From Pseudomonadota bacterium (GTDB lineage: Bacteria > Pseudomonadota > Alphaproteobacteria > Dongiales > Dongiaceae), in the NCBI GenBank assembly GCA_049323455.1, contig JBMONF010000029.1:3029-67028 (forward strand): a stretch of 64,000 nucleotides of DNA, in the 5' to 3' direction. Both the position numbers and the translations under genes were made by a program. Positions 44,687 through 53,742 of the stretch are shown piece by piece. A model generated the notes under the pieces. The model saw only the letters and a program-made list of their open reading frames with translations, ran no database searches and was not told where the DNA came from. Each line of letters starts with the position of its first letter. The stretch's first letter is position 1.

Positions 44687-46161
44687 GCCGCACCTCCCGA
44701 GGGCCGCGCACCCAGTTCCGCCACCGCGTCCCGCGCCACCTCGGCATCGTCGAAAGGATAGGTCACGCCCGCGACGATCTGGCCCGTCTCGTGGCCCTTG
44801 CCCGCGATCACCAGGAGATCGTCGGCCTTAAGCCCGGCGATGGCGGCGCGGATCGCCTCGCGCCGGTCGCCGATTTCCCGCGCGCGGCGGCAGGCGGCCA
44901 GGATCTCGGCGCGGATCGCGGCCGGATCCTCGCTGCGCGGGTTGTCGTCCGTGACGATGACCTGATCGGCCAGCTCTTCGGCGATGCGGCCCATCTCGGG
45001 CCGCTTGGCGCGATCGCGGTCGCCGCCGCAGCCGAACACCACCACCAGCCGACCGGTTGCCAGCGGCCTAAGCTCGGTCAGGATGGTCTTGAGCGCTTCG
45101 GGTTTGTGCGAGTAGTCGACGAAGATCGGCGCGCCCGCGGGATGGCGCGCGACCAGCTCGATGCGCCCGCGCACGCCGCTCACGCGGGCGAGCTCGGCGG
45201 CCGCGCGCGAGGGGCTGGCGCCGCAGGCGATCGCCAGGCCCAGTGCGGCCAGCGCGTTGTGCGCTTGGAAGGCGCCCGCCACCGGGAAGAGCAGCTCCAT
45301 CGGCTGGCCGAATACCGAAAGAGCGAGGCGCTGGCCTTCGGCTTCGGATACGCGCGAGCGCAAGGTCAGCTCCTTGCCGGCGGCGCCATAGGCGATGACG
45401 GCGATGCCGCGGCGCCGGCAGATCTCCGCCAACGGCTCGAAATGATCGCTGTCGGCATTGAGCACGGCCGTGCCGCTCGCGGGCAGCAGCGTTTCGAACA
45501 GCCGCGCCTTGGCGCGGAAATAGCGCTCCATCGTGCCGTGATAGTCGAGATGCTCGTGGGTAAGGTTGGTGAAGGCCGCGGCCTTGAGCCGGACGCCGTC
45601 GAGCCGGAACTGATCGATCCCGTGACTCGACGCCTCCATGACGAGGTGATCGATGCCGTCCTGCGCCAGCTCGGCCAGGATGCGATGCAGCTCGATCGGA
45701 TCGGGCGTGGTCAAGGCACCGTCGCGGTCGTGTCCTGGCGCCACGATGCCGAGCGTGCCGAGACTGCCGGCGCGCAAGCCCATGAGCGTCCAGAGTTGGC
45801 GGGTGAAGTGAGCGACCGAGGTCTTGCCGCTGGTGCCCGTGACGGCCGCGATCTCCTTCGGCTGCCGGCGATAGAAGCGCGCCGCCATGAACGCCAGGCG
45901 CCGGCGCGGATTGTCGTCGAAGATGACGGGCGTGCGGCCGATGCTGGCGGGCAGCTCCGTGTCGTAGGGCGCCAGGATCGCGGCGGCACCCCGGGCCAGC
46001 GCGTCGGCGATGAAGGTGCGGCCGTCGGCGCGCGTGCCCGGCAGGGCCGCGAACAGGAAGCCCGGCTCGACGCGGCGCGAATCGGCACTCAAGCCCTTGA
46101 TCTCGATTTCCGCCGCCGTCACGTCCGCCTTCCGTTCCTCCAGTAGCTCTCTGAGCCGCAC
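44683..46161 (-). CDS. murE: UDP-N-acetylmuramoyl-L-alanyl-D-glutamate--2,6-diaminopimelate ligase MurE
   Basis: GTG at 46161. I.GLSADSRRVEPGFLFAALPG...DG..F, the P-loop VTGTSGKTS, EASSHG.DQ.R, and FGCGGDRD..KRP.MG, with a DNPR motif consistent with meso-DAP specificity. Confidence 0.9.
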   Translation of the reverse strand: MRLRELLEERKADVTAAEIEIKGLSADSRRVEPGFLFAALPGTRADGRTFIADALARGAAAILAPYDTELPASIGRTPVIFDDNPRRRLAFMAARFYRRQPKEIAAVTGTSGKTSVAHFTRQLWTLMGLRAGSLGTLGIVAPGHDRDGALTTPDPIELHRILAELAQDGIDHLVMEASSHGIDQFRLDGVRLKAAAFTNLTHEHLDYHGTMERYFRAKARLFETLLPASGTAVLNADSDHFEPLAEICRRRGIAVIAYGAAGKELTLRSRVSEAEGQRLALSVFGQPMELLFPVAGAFQAHNALAALGLAIACGASPSRAAAELARVSGVRGRIELVARHPAGAPIFVDYSHKPEALKTILTELRPLATGRLVVVFGCGGDRDRAKRPEMGRIAEELADQVIVTDDNPRSEDPAAIRAEILAACRRAREIGDRREAIRAAIAGLKADDLLVIAGKGHETGQIVAGVTYPFDDAEVARDAVAELGARPSGGAA

Positions 46162-46177
46162 TTGGCTCTTCTCCGTC

Positions 46178-47905
46178 CTATTCGGTGCCGCGCGCCGCGA
46201 CCAGCAGCGCGTTGTCGTCGGACGGCGCCTGTTGCTGCGGCTCGATGCCGAGCAGCGGCGCCATGCGTTGCACGATGCGCCCGACTGCCGGGGCCGCGAC
46301 CCAGCCGCCGGTGGCGTAGCCGGAGGACTGCGCGTTCGGCTTGGGATCGTCGATCATCGCCAGCACCACGTAGCGGGGCGCGTTGATCGGGAAGGCCCCC
46401 ACGAAGGAAGCCATGCGCGCATCGGCGACATAGCCGCGGCTGCCGAGCTTGTCGGCCGTGCCGGTCTTGCCGCCGACGAGATAGCCGGGCACGTCGGCCT
46501 TCTTGCCGGTGCCGCGCTCGACCACCAGGCGCATGAGCTTGCGGATCTCGACCGAGGTTTCGGGCTTGATCACGCGATCGCCGTCGGCGACCTGATCGGC
46601 GTTGCGCTTGATGAGCGTGGCCGGCCGCATGATGCCGCCATTGACCAGCGCCGCGATCCCCGCCGCCAGATGCAACGGGCTCACCGCGATGCCATGACCG
46701 TAAGCGATGGTCATGGTGTTGATCGGTCGCCATTCGCTCGGGAACATCGGCAGGCCGGTTTCCGGCAGCTCGATCGACGCGCGGCGCAGCATGCCGACGC
46801 TGTCGAGGAAGCGCTTCTGCCGCTCGGTGCCCATGCGCTCGGCGATCAGGGCGGCGCCGATGTTGGAGGAATACATGATGACTTCCGACACCGTGAGCGG
46901 CCGGTTCTCGGGGTGATAGTCGGAGATGGTGAACCCCCCGATGCGCAGCGGCCGGCTCGCGTCCACGCTGTCGTCGATCCCGATCGCGCCGGAATCGAGC
47001 GCCGCCGCCACGTCGAACATTTTGAAGGTCGAGCCCATCTCGTAGATGCCGAGCGTGGCCCGGTTGAAACGCTGGTCCGGCGACGCCGTGCCGGCTTCGC
47101 GCGGATCGAAATCCGGCAGCGACACCATCGCCAGCACTTCGCCGGTATCGACATCGAGCACCAGCCCGGCGCCGCCGATGGCCGAGAAATCGTCGATTGC
47201 CCGCCTGATCTCGTCGCGCAGGATGTTCTGGATCCGCACGTCGAGCGAAAGCTGCACCGGCTGGCCGCTCTTCAGCACGTCGTCGAACGATTCCTCGATG
47301 CCGGCGAGGCCCTTGTTGTCGATGTCGGTGAAGCCGACGACATGCGCCGTCAGCGCGCCTTGCGGATAGACGCGCCGCTCCTCGCGCTGGAAATAGAGAC
47401 CGGGAATGCCGAGCCGGTTCACCGCATATTGCTGGCGCGGCGTGAGGTCGCGCTTGATCCAGACGAAGCGGCTCTGGGCACCGAGCTTGGCGGCGATCTC
47501 GGCCTGGCTCAGGTCGGGCAGCACGCCCACCAGCTTCTGCGCGGTCCCGGCCGGGTCGCTCACCTGCTGAGGATCGGCGTAGAGCGAGGCGGTGGGGAGG
47601 CTGGTGGCGAGCAACACGCCGTTGCGGTCGAGGACGTCGGCGCGCTGGACGCCGAGGTCCTTGGTGGGCAGCGCAGCGATGTCGCGCTCGCCGCCGGCGT
47701 CCCACACGCCGACCTCGAGCAGCCTGAGCGCGATGGCGAGGAAGGCGACGAGAAACAGGCCGCCGCCCAGGAGCAGGCGCGTATGGCCCGTCTCGAGCGC
47801 GCGCTTGCGCTCGCCATCGAGCTCGAGCAGGTCCTCGAAGCGCGGCGGCCGGGGGTCGGCAAGCTGCGGCCCGCAAGGATGGCGCGACGGGCGCGGCATC
47901 TTCAT
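46178..47905 (-). CDS. ftsI: Peptidoglycan D,D-transpeptidase FtsI (PBP3)
   Basis: ATG at 47905 overlaps the ftsL stop (ATGA). TM anchor, a dimerisation domain, and the transpeptidase motifs STFK (GSTFKMF), SSN (YSSNIG) and KTG (GGKTGTA). Confidence 0.9.
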   Translation of the reverse strand: MKMPRPSRHPCGPQLADPRPPRFEDLLELDGERKRALETGHTRLLLGGGLFLVAFLAIALRLLEVGVWDAGGERDIAALPTKDLGVQRADVLDRNGVLLATSLPTASLYADPQQVSDPAGTAQKLVGVLPDLSQAEIAAKLGAQSRFVWIKRDLTPRQQYAVNRLGIPGLYFQREERRVYPQGALTAHVVGFTDIDNKGLAGIEESFDDVLKSGQPVQLSLDVRIQNILRDEIRRAIDDFSAIGGAGLVLDVDTGEVLAMVSLPDFDPREAGTASPDQRFNRATLGIYEMGSTFKMFDVAAALDSGAIGIDDSVDASRPLRIGGFTISDYHPENRPLTVSEVIMYSSNIGAALIAERMGTERQKRFLDSVGMLRRASIELPETGLPMFPSEWRPINTMTIAYGHGIAVSPLHLAAGIAALVNGGIMRPATLIKRNADQVADGDRVIKPETSVEIRKLMRLVVERGTGKKADVPGYLVGGKTGTADKLGSRGYVADARMASFVGAFPINAPRYVVLAMIDDPKPNAQSSGYATGGWVAAPAVGRIVQRMAPLLGIEPQQQAPSDDNALLVAARGTE

Positions 47906-48516
47906 GGCTGGCCCTCCGCGATGCTGGCCGCGATCAGGGCACCCAACGGATCGTCGCCACCGGGGGCCTGGATCATCGGCGTCGCGGGCGCGCCAGCCGG
48001 CGGCGCCTCGTCGCCGTCGGCGAGATCGGCTGGAACCGCGTCGAACGACGCCAGATCGGCCGTGGTCAGGCTCACGGGCGTCAGGCCTGTCGGGGCGGCG
48101 CCGGCGCTGTCGCCCGATGCGGGGTCGAACGCAAGCGCATCGGCTGCGGCCAGATCGATTGTCGCGGGATTGGCGGCGGCCGCGAGGCCAGCCGGGGTCG
48201 GCAGGGCCGGATCGAAACGAGGCGCCGGCACGGCCACGTCGAGCCTGGCGGGGAGGGCAGCGAAGTTCTGCATCTGTCTGGCCGCGACCGGCGCCAGGCC
48301 CAGATAGCGGCGATTGAGATCCGAGAGCCGGCCGGGCTCGTTGAGATAGCTCCACTCGGCCTTGAGCACGCGGATCTGCTCCTGCGCGCGCTGGATATCC
48401 CGGTTGGTCCGGCCGAGTTGGTGCTCGAGCTCCTGCACGGCGAACTTGATCTGGAACATGCAGAAGCCGGCGGCCAGAACGACGATGAGCCAGATCGGCA
48501 GCGACAGGCGGTTCAT
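47902..48516 (-). CDS. ftsL: FtsL-like cell division protein (alphaproteobacterial type) with an Ala/Pro/Asp-rich C-terminal tail
   Basis: ATG at 48516 shares 1 nt with the rsmH stop. Single TM (LPIWLIVVLAAGFCMF), then a coiled-coil (QELEHQLGRTNRDIQRAQEQIRVLKAEWSYLN.P.RL). Its position between rsmH and ftsI is the canonical ftsL slot. Confidence 0.65.
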   Translation of the reverse strand: MNRLSLPIWLIVVLAAGFCMFQIKFAVQELEHQLGRTNRDIQRAQEQIRVLKAEWSYLNEPGRLSDLNRRYLGLAPVAARQMQNFAALPARLDVAVPAPRFDPALPTPAGLAAAANPATIDLAAADALAFDPASGDSAGAAPTGLTPVSLTTADLASFDAVPADLADGDEAPPAGAPATPMIQAPGGDDPLGALIAASIAEGQP

Positions 48517-49517
48517 CACCGGACCTCCTGCTCGCCCGCTGCGGCCGGCTCCCAAGCGGGAGCCGCGGTCCGCTCGGCCGCGCGCAGGCGCGCCGAACGG
48601 GCGCGCGGATTGCGGGCGGTCTCGGCCGCCTCGGGCTTGACCACCTCGGGGGCCAGGATGCGGAAGCTGGGCTCGCGCAGGCGTCCCGCGGCTTCGGGCA
48701 TATGGCGCGAGGCGCGGGGCGTGCGGCCGGCCCGCTCGCGGAAGAACCGCTTCACTTCGCGGTCCTCCAACGAGTGGAAGGAGACGACGGCGAGCCGGCC
48801 GCCCGCCTTGAGGAGCGCTTCAGCCGAGACGAGGCCGCGGCGAAGCTCGCCCAGCTCGTCGTTCACGGCGATGCGCAAGGCTTGAAACGTGCGCGTGGCG
48901 GGATCGATGCCATCGTGCGAGCGCGCGCCCGCGGCGCGCCGGACGATTTCGGCCAGCGCCAGCGTGCGGGTGATGGGCGCCTGCCGGCGCGCCGTCACGA
49001 TGGCCTGCGCGATTGAGCGCGCACGGCGTTCCTCGCCATAGCGGAAGATGAGATCGGCCAACTCGCTCTCCGGCATGGTGTTGACGAGATCGGCGGCGGT
49101 TGGGCCGCCGCCCCCCATGCGCATGTCGAGCGGCCCGTCGAAGCGGAAGGAGAAGCCGCGCTCGGGCCGGTCGAGCTGCATCGAGGAGACGCCAAGATCG
49201 AACGCAATGCCGTCGGCCCGCCTCAGCCCTTTGGCGGCGAGCAGATCGCGCATCTCGCCGAAGCGGCCCTCGACGGCGTGCAAGCGGCCGGGGAAGTCGC
49301 GGGCCAGCGCCTGCGCAATGGCGATCGCGTCGGGGTCGCGGTCGATCGCCCAGACGGTGCATCGGGCGGCGGCCAGAAGGGCCCGCGTATAGCCGCCGGC
49401 GCCGAAGGTGCCGTCGACATAGATGCCGCCGTCCTTGGGGGCGAGCGCGACCAGCACCGCATCCAGCAGGACGGGAACGTGACCGCCGCGCGCCGTTTCG
49501 CGAGAGGGGGCGCTCAT
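48516..49517 (-). CDS. rsmH: 16S rRNA (cytosine1402-N4)-methyltransferase RsmH (MraW)
   Basis: ATG at 49517 overlaps the mraZ stop (ATGA). HVPVLL.....[16 protein letters not shown]....L, DGI.FDLGVSS.QLD...RGFSF, and [10 protein letters not shown]. Confidence 0.92.
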   Translation of the reverse strand: MSAPSRETARGGHVPVLLDAVLVALAPKDGGIYVDGTFGAGGYTRALLAAARCTVWAIDRDPDAIAIAQALARDFPGRLHAVEGRFGEMRDLLAAKGLRRADGIAFDLGVSSMQLDRPERGFSFRFDGPLDMRMGGGGPTAADLVNTMPESELADLIFRYGEERRARSIAQAIVTARRQAPITRTLALAEIVRRAAGARSHDGIDPATRTFQALRIAVNDELGELRRGLVSAEALLKAGGRLAVVSFHSLEDREVKRFFRERAGRTPRASRHMPEAAGRLREPSFRILAPEVVKPEAAETARNPRARSARLRAAERTAAPAWEPAAAGEQEVR

Positions 49518-49978
49518 GAGCCGCTCCCGCTGTGGCCGGCGCGCAAGGTGCGGCCCTTTTCGAGCGCGCGCTTGCGCGCCTCCGCCTTGTGGCGATCGAG
49601 GGCGCCAGGCTCCCAGATCTCGAAATGCTGGCCGCGGCCGACGAAGGCCGCCGTCTCCGTGATGCCGGCATGCTGCGCCAGGATTTCGGGCAGCATGATG
49701 CGCCCTTCGCCGTCGAAAGCGAGCTGCTTGGCGTCCGAAAACAGCGTCAGCGCCAGATCGTCGTGCTCGTCGGAAAAGAGATCGACGTTGGCAAGCTTGG
49801 CGTTGATGTCGGCCATCCAATCCATGCCGGCGCACTGAACCGCCGGAAACTTGAAGGAGGGCAGGGCCACGATGCCGTGAAAACTCTGTCCGGCGAGCGC
49901 AGCGCGAAAGGGCGCCGGGACCGAGACGCGGCCCTTGCGATCGACTTTGTTCACGAAGGTGTCGATGAACAGCGCCAT
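49514..49978 (-). CDS. mraZ: Division/cell-wall cluster transcriptional regulator MraZ
   Basis: 154 aa. [25 protein letters not shown]..., with the second SpoVT/AbrB-like half containing [10 protein letters not shown]. First gene of the dcw cluster. Confidence 0.92.
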   Translation of the reverse strand: MALFIDTFVNKVDRKGRVSVPAPFRAALAGQSFHGIVALPSFKFPAVQCAGMDWMADINAKLANVDLFSDEHDDLALTLFSDAKQLAFDGEGRIMLPEILAQHAGITETAAFVGRGQHFEIWEPGALDRHKAEARKRALEKGRTLRAGHSGSGS

Positions 49979-50060
49979 CGGCCTTCCGCCTCTTGCCCCC
50001 TCCTGGCCGGCCGCGCGTGGCCGGAAGCCCCGATCTCAAAGGGCTCTGCGGGCGCCGCAT

Positions 50061-50120
50061 GGGCGCGCGACCGCCGGTTATGGGATAACATGGGATAATA
50101 TGGGCGTCAATGGGATTGGG
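50061..50120. promoter_or_regulatory. Phased TGGG(A/C) direct-repeat array (candidate MraZ operator) overlapping a candidate mraZ promoter
   Basis: TGGGA/TGGGC boxes at 50081, 50091, 50101 and 50111 have an exact 10-bp period. Further in-phase boxes are at 50061 and 50116-50120. On the mraZ (minus) strand, TTGACG (50110-50105), N17, then TATCCC (50087-50082) sits 100-140 bp upstream of the mraZ ATG. Confidence 0.45.
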
Positions 50121-50325
50121 TAGTAAAAATCTGGATTTTCGAGGCATTTACGGGCCGTTAACCATGCTTTGCCGGGACCTCGCAAGCAGATCCGCCGATC
50201 GAGGAACATATTCCTTGCTAACCATTGCGGCAGAATTTTGTTCTTTATTTGTTCCAAAGGCGATTACTTGGGGCATCCCCGCAAAAGCCGCGTCGTGAAG
50301 ACGTCGCTCCGCGATGGGAGAAAGA

Positions 50326-50743
50326 GGCGCCAGACGGCCGGTAAGCCGGGTTCTGTTCCGCCGGGTCTCCCCGACGGCGATGGCCATTCATCTGGGACGT
50401 CCGTTACCGGACGCCTCGCGCGACCGACCCGGGCGGCGGTCCGAAAACCGACCCAGCTTATGATTTTACATGGAAAATCAAAAGCCTGCCGCCCCTACTT
50501 GGTCTTGCTCCCGGTGGGGTTTGCCCTGCCACGACCGTTACCGGCCGCGCGGTGCGCTCTTACCGCACCTTTTCACCCTTACCCACCCCGCATGCGCGGA
50601 ATCGGCGGTATCTTTTCTGTGGCACTGTCCCTGGGGTCGCCCCCGCCGGGCGTTACCCGGCACCGTGTCTCCGTGGAGTCCGGACTTTCCTCCCCCGGCG
50701 GCGGTGACGCCGGCCGAAGGCAGCCATCTGGCCGTCTGGCGTC
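50326..50743 (-). ncRNA. rnpB: RNase P RNA (bacterial type A)
   Basis: The reverse complement contains the universally conserved GGAGGAAAGUCCGG (P4 5' strand, + coords 50680-50695), GGUAACGCC, GUGCCACAGAAA, GGUAAGGGUGAAA.GGUGCGGUAAGAGCGCACC, AGCAAGACCAAGUAGGGG and ACAGAACCCGGCUUA (P4 3' strand, 50342-50356). The P1 helix pairs 50730-50741 with 50328-50339. Confidence 0.88.
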
Positions 50744-50746
50744 GCA

Positions 50747-50775
50747 GAGGTAAGCATCCTGAGGCCCTGCGTCAA
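50747..50775 (-). promoter_or_regulatory. Candidate sigma-70-type promoter for rnpB
   Basis: On the minus strand: TTGACG (50775-50770), N17, then TACCTC (50752-50747). The predicted start at ~50740-50743 coincides with the 5' end of P1. Confidence 0.3.
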
Positions 50776-50846
50776 TCGAAGAGGTTGCCGATCGAAGGGC
50801 TTAGCAGGGGCGAGCGCGCCCGAGCACGGGCGCGGCCGGTCGGCTC

Positions 50847-51569
50847 TCAGCCGATCTGATCCAGCAGATCGGCGAGAAGCCCGGCCGTCTGGGCGTCGGG
50901 CTCGCCATCCAGGCGGGCCGGCCGAAAGTGGCGCTGGAAGGCGGTCAGCACCAAACGGGTCGGCTCATCGAGCACGCCGCTTGCCGGAACCGCGTAGCCG
51001 AAGCGCCCCAACGCTTCCTGCAACTCCTTGATCGACCATTGTTTTCCGGCGGCTTCAGGCCGTGGCCACAGGCCGATCCCGGCACGCGCGAGCCGGGCCC
51101 AATCGAACCGCTCGCCCGGATCCTGCTTGCGCGCCGGCGCCACGTCGGAGTGGCCCAGCACCCGGCAGGCCGGTATGGGGTGGCGGGCCAGTACCTCGCG
51201 GGCCAGCGTTTCGAGCGCGGCCATCTGCGGCTCAGGGAAGGGGCGGTAGCCGAATTCGTGGCCGGGATTGGCGAGCTCGATGCCGATGGAGCGGGCATTG
51301 ACGTCGCGCGCCCCCGCCCAACAGCTGACGCCCGCATGCCAGGCCCGCCGCTCCTCGGGCACCAGCCGCCAAACCTGCCCGCTCTCCTCGATCAGGTAAT
51401 GCGCGCTGACCTTGGCCTTGGGATCGCACAGCCGGTCGAGCGCGGCGGCGGCGCTTCGCATCCCCGTGTAGTGGAGAAGGAGGATATCGACCGGCTGGCC
51501 CACCGGCCGGGAATCGTGATTGGGCGAAGGACGCTCCCGCATCGCCATCGATCTTCGCGTCTTCGTCAT
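50847..51569 (-). CDS. N-acetylmuramoyl-L-alanine amidase (AmpD/AmiD-like, amidase_2) with a C-terminal peptidoglycan-binding domain
   Basis: ATG at 51569. ILLHYTGM......L.......VSAHYLI...G.VW.LV.E..RAWHAG.S.W, IGIEL.N.GH, and GHSD.AP.RK.DPG. The C-terminus (ELQ.AL..FGY....SG.LD..T..V..AFQRHFRP) is PG_binding_1-like. Confidence 0.8.
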   Translation of the reverse strand: MTKTRRSMAMRERPSPNHDSRPVGQPVDILLLHYTGMRSAAAALDRLCDPKAKVSAHYLIEESGQVWRLVPEERRAWHAGVSCWAGARDVNARSIGIELANPGHEFGYRPFPEPQMAALETLAREVLARHPIPACRVLGHSDVAPARKQDPGERFDWARLARAGIGLWPRPEAAGKQWSIKELQEALGRFGYAVPASGVLDEPTRLVLTAFQRHFRPARLDGEPDAQTAGLLADLLDQIG

Positions 51570-52447
51570 CAGAGCCCGCCCTTGGTCGAGGGCTCGACCA
51601 CCGCCGGCCGCCGGATCACGCAGATGCCGACGCCTAGCAGCGTCGCCGCCCCGCCCACCGCCATCGGCCAGGTCAGCGGTTCGTTCAGGAACAGGATGCC
51701 GGAGAGGACGCCGAACAGCGGCACCAGCAGCGTGAAAGGCATGACCTGATTGACGGGGAAACGTCGCATCATCCGGTACCAGATGCCGTAGCCGACCAGC
51801 GTCACCAGGATCGCCTGAAATCCGATCACCGCCCAGAGGCCCCCGTCGCGCCAGGGCACGGTCCCGAGCGGGTTTCCCTCGGTCAGGAAGGCGACAATCA
51901 GAAGTTGAGGAAAAGCCAAGGCGGCGATCCAGCCGTTCAGGCCCAGCACGTCCACGGATTCGCCCAGCCGCTTGATCTGAATATTGGCGAAGGCCCACAC
52001 ACAGGCGGCGGCGACGACGAGCCCCAGGGGCCCGAGTCCGCCCTCGAAACGCGGCTCGCCCGCGATCAGCGCCACGCCGGCGAACGCGATCGCCATGCCG
52101 GCCGTTCGCCGCCAGCCGATCTTGTCCTTGAAGAACACCGCGGCGAGCAGGGCGGCGAACGGCACCTGAAGCTGAATCGCAATCGCGGCCGTGGCGGCGT
52201 CGATATGCTTCAGGCCCGTGAACATCAAACTGAAGTGCAGCAGGCCCAGCGTCGCCGACAGCGCCAAGAGCCCGCGCCAGCGCGGCGGGCGCTTGATGAA
52301 AGGCAGCAGCAGCAGCGCCACCACCAGGAAGCGCAGCGCCACGAAGGTGAAAGGCGGCATCAGCGCCAGGCCCCATTTCACCACCACGAAATTGAAACCC
52401 CAGATCAGCATGACGGCCAGGATTCCCGCCAGATCGAGCGGAGTCAT
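51569..52447 (-). CDS. EamA/DMT-family transporter
   Basis: ATG at 52447 follows GGAGG. ~292 aa, 10 predicted TM in two EamA halves (WGFNFVVVKWGL...; ...LNEPLTW.M..GG...L.GV). Confidence 0.75.
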   Translation of the reverse strand: MTPLDLAGILAVMLIWGFNFVVVKWGLALMPPFTFVALRFLVVALLLLPFIKRPPRWRGLLALSATLGLLHFSLMFTGLKHIDAATAAIAIQLQVPFAALLAAVFFKDKIGWRRTAGMAIAFAGVALIAGEPRFEGGLGPLGLVVAAACVWAFANIQIKRLGESVDVLGLNGWIAALAFPQLLIVAFLTEGNPLGTVPWRDGGLWAVIGFQAILVTLVGYGIWYRMMRRFPVNQVMPFTLLVPLFGVLSGILFLNEPLTWPMAVGGAATLLGVGICVIRRPAVVEPSTKGGL

Positions 52448-52549
52448 GACCGCCTCCAACGGGATGTCTGCGACACCTTGCAACCGTGGCTGCCGCCGTA
52501 GGCGCGCGGCTTCGTGGCAGCGACCGATATCACGCCGCCAACCCGGTCA

Positions 52550-53320
52550 TCAGGCAAGGCTGCGCTCCTTGGCGATTTGATCGTAGGCCGCGTTGATGCG
52601 CGCCATTTTCTGCGTGGCGAGATCGACGAACTCCTTCGGCATGCCCTTCGCGATCAGCCGGTCGGGGTGGGTCTCGCGGATGAGCCGGCGCCAGGCCGAC
52701 TTGATCTCGGCATCGCTTGCCGCGCGCGTCACGCCCAGGATCGCATAGGGATCGGATTCGCTCGGTCCCAGATGCAACTGGCGAATGCGCTCGAAGTCGG
52801 TCTCGGCGAAACCGAAGATATGGGCAACGCGCTTGAGAAAGGTCTCCTCTTCGCCGCTGACCTTGCCATCGGCCTTGGCGATGTGGAACAGGCCGTCGAT
52901 CAGCTCTTCCAGCACTTTCGACCGACGCGGGAACATCCGGGCGATCTGGCGGGCATAAGGCTCGAAGCCGTGGGCGTCCCTGCGCGCCTGGTCGAACAGC
53001 CGGCCGACATATTTCAGCTCGTCGGGCGGGACCTGGAACACCTCCCGGAAGGCGGTGATCTCCTCGCGGGTGACGCGGCCGTCGGCCTTGGCCATCTTGG
53101 CTCCCAGCACGATGACGGCGATGGTGAAGGCGATCTGGCGCGTAGCGGCACGCTCGTCGCTCGGACCGGGCTCCTCCGCGCCCGTCACGCGGTCCTGCTC
53201 GAGATTGGCCTCGCGCAGCATGTCGACGGCATGGCCGGCGACCGCGCCCAGGAGCGCGCCGAACGGCCCGCCGAGCGCGAAACCGGCGGCCCCACCGAGG
53301 ATCTTGCCCCAGATGCTCAT
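52550..53320 (-). CDS. djlA: Co-chaperone DjlA (TM + TerB-like + J domain)
   Basis: 256 aa. Gly-rich N-terminal TM MSIWGKILGGAAGFALGGPFGALLG, a TerB-like middle (AKADG.V...E), and a C-terminal J domain DPYAILGV...SDAEIK.AWRRL.RETHPD. Confidence 0.8.
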   Translation of the reverse strand: MSIWGKILGGAAGFALGGPFGALLGAVAGHAVDMLREANLEQDRVTGAEEPGPSDERAATRQIAFTIAVIVLGAKMAKADGRVTREEITAFREVFQVPPDELKYVGRLFDQARRDAHGFEPYARQIARMFPRRSKVLEELIDGLFHIAKADGKVSGEEETFLKRVAHIFGFAETDFERIRQLHLGPSESDPYAILGVTRAASDAEIKSAWRRLIRETHPDRLIAKGMPKEFVDLATQKMARINAAYDQIAKERSLA

Positions 53321-53742
53321 CGATTTGCGGCTATCGGTTGATCGGGAAAGACGCGAGGGAGACGCCCGCTGCGCGAAAAATCCAAGGCTGCCAGTTTAGC
53401 CAACTCGGCCGGCCGGAGCCAGAGCGGGCGGCGCGAAAGCGATGCGATCGGGGTTGGCGGCGCTCCTCGCGCTTGGTGCGAAGGGGAACGCGGTGCGACA
53501 ATGGCGCCTCGCCGTCAGGGCAGGGCGGCCGTGGGGGAAACGAAGCCGGGACGTAAGTCAAGGATGAAGCGGTCCAAGCCTCGAGCGACGGCGACCGGGC
53601 GGGCGATAGCGCGCGACCGTGCCGGCGATCTCGTCGGCGCCGAGCCCGACCTTCGCCGGGCGATGGCCGCCAATCCCGACGCCGCTGCGGTCACCGAGCT
53701 CGACCTTGCAACCGGCGCCGGTGCTGCGGCACGAGAACGGGC

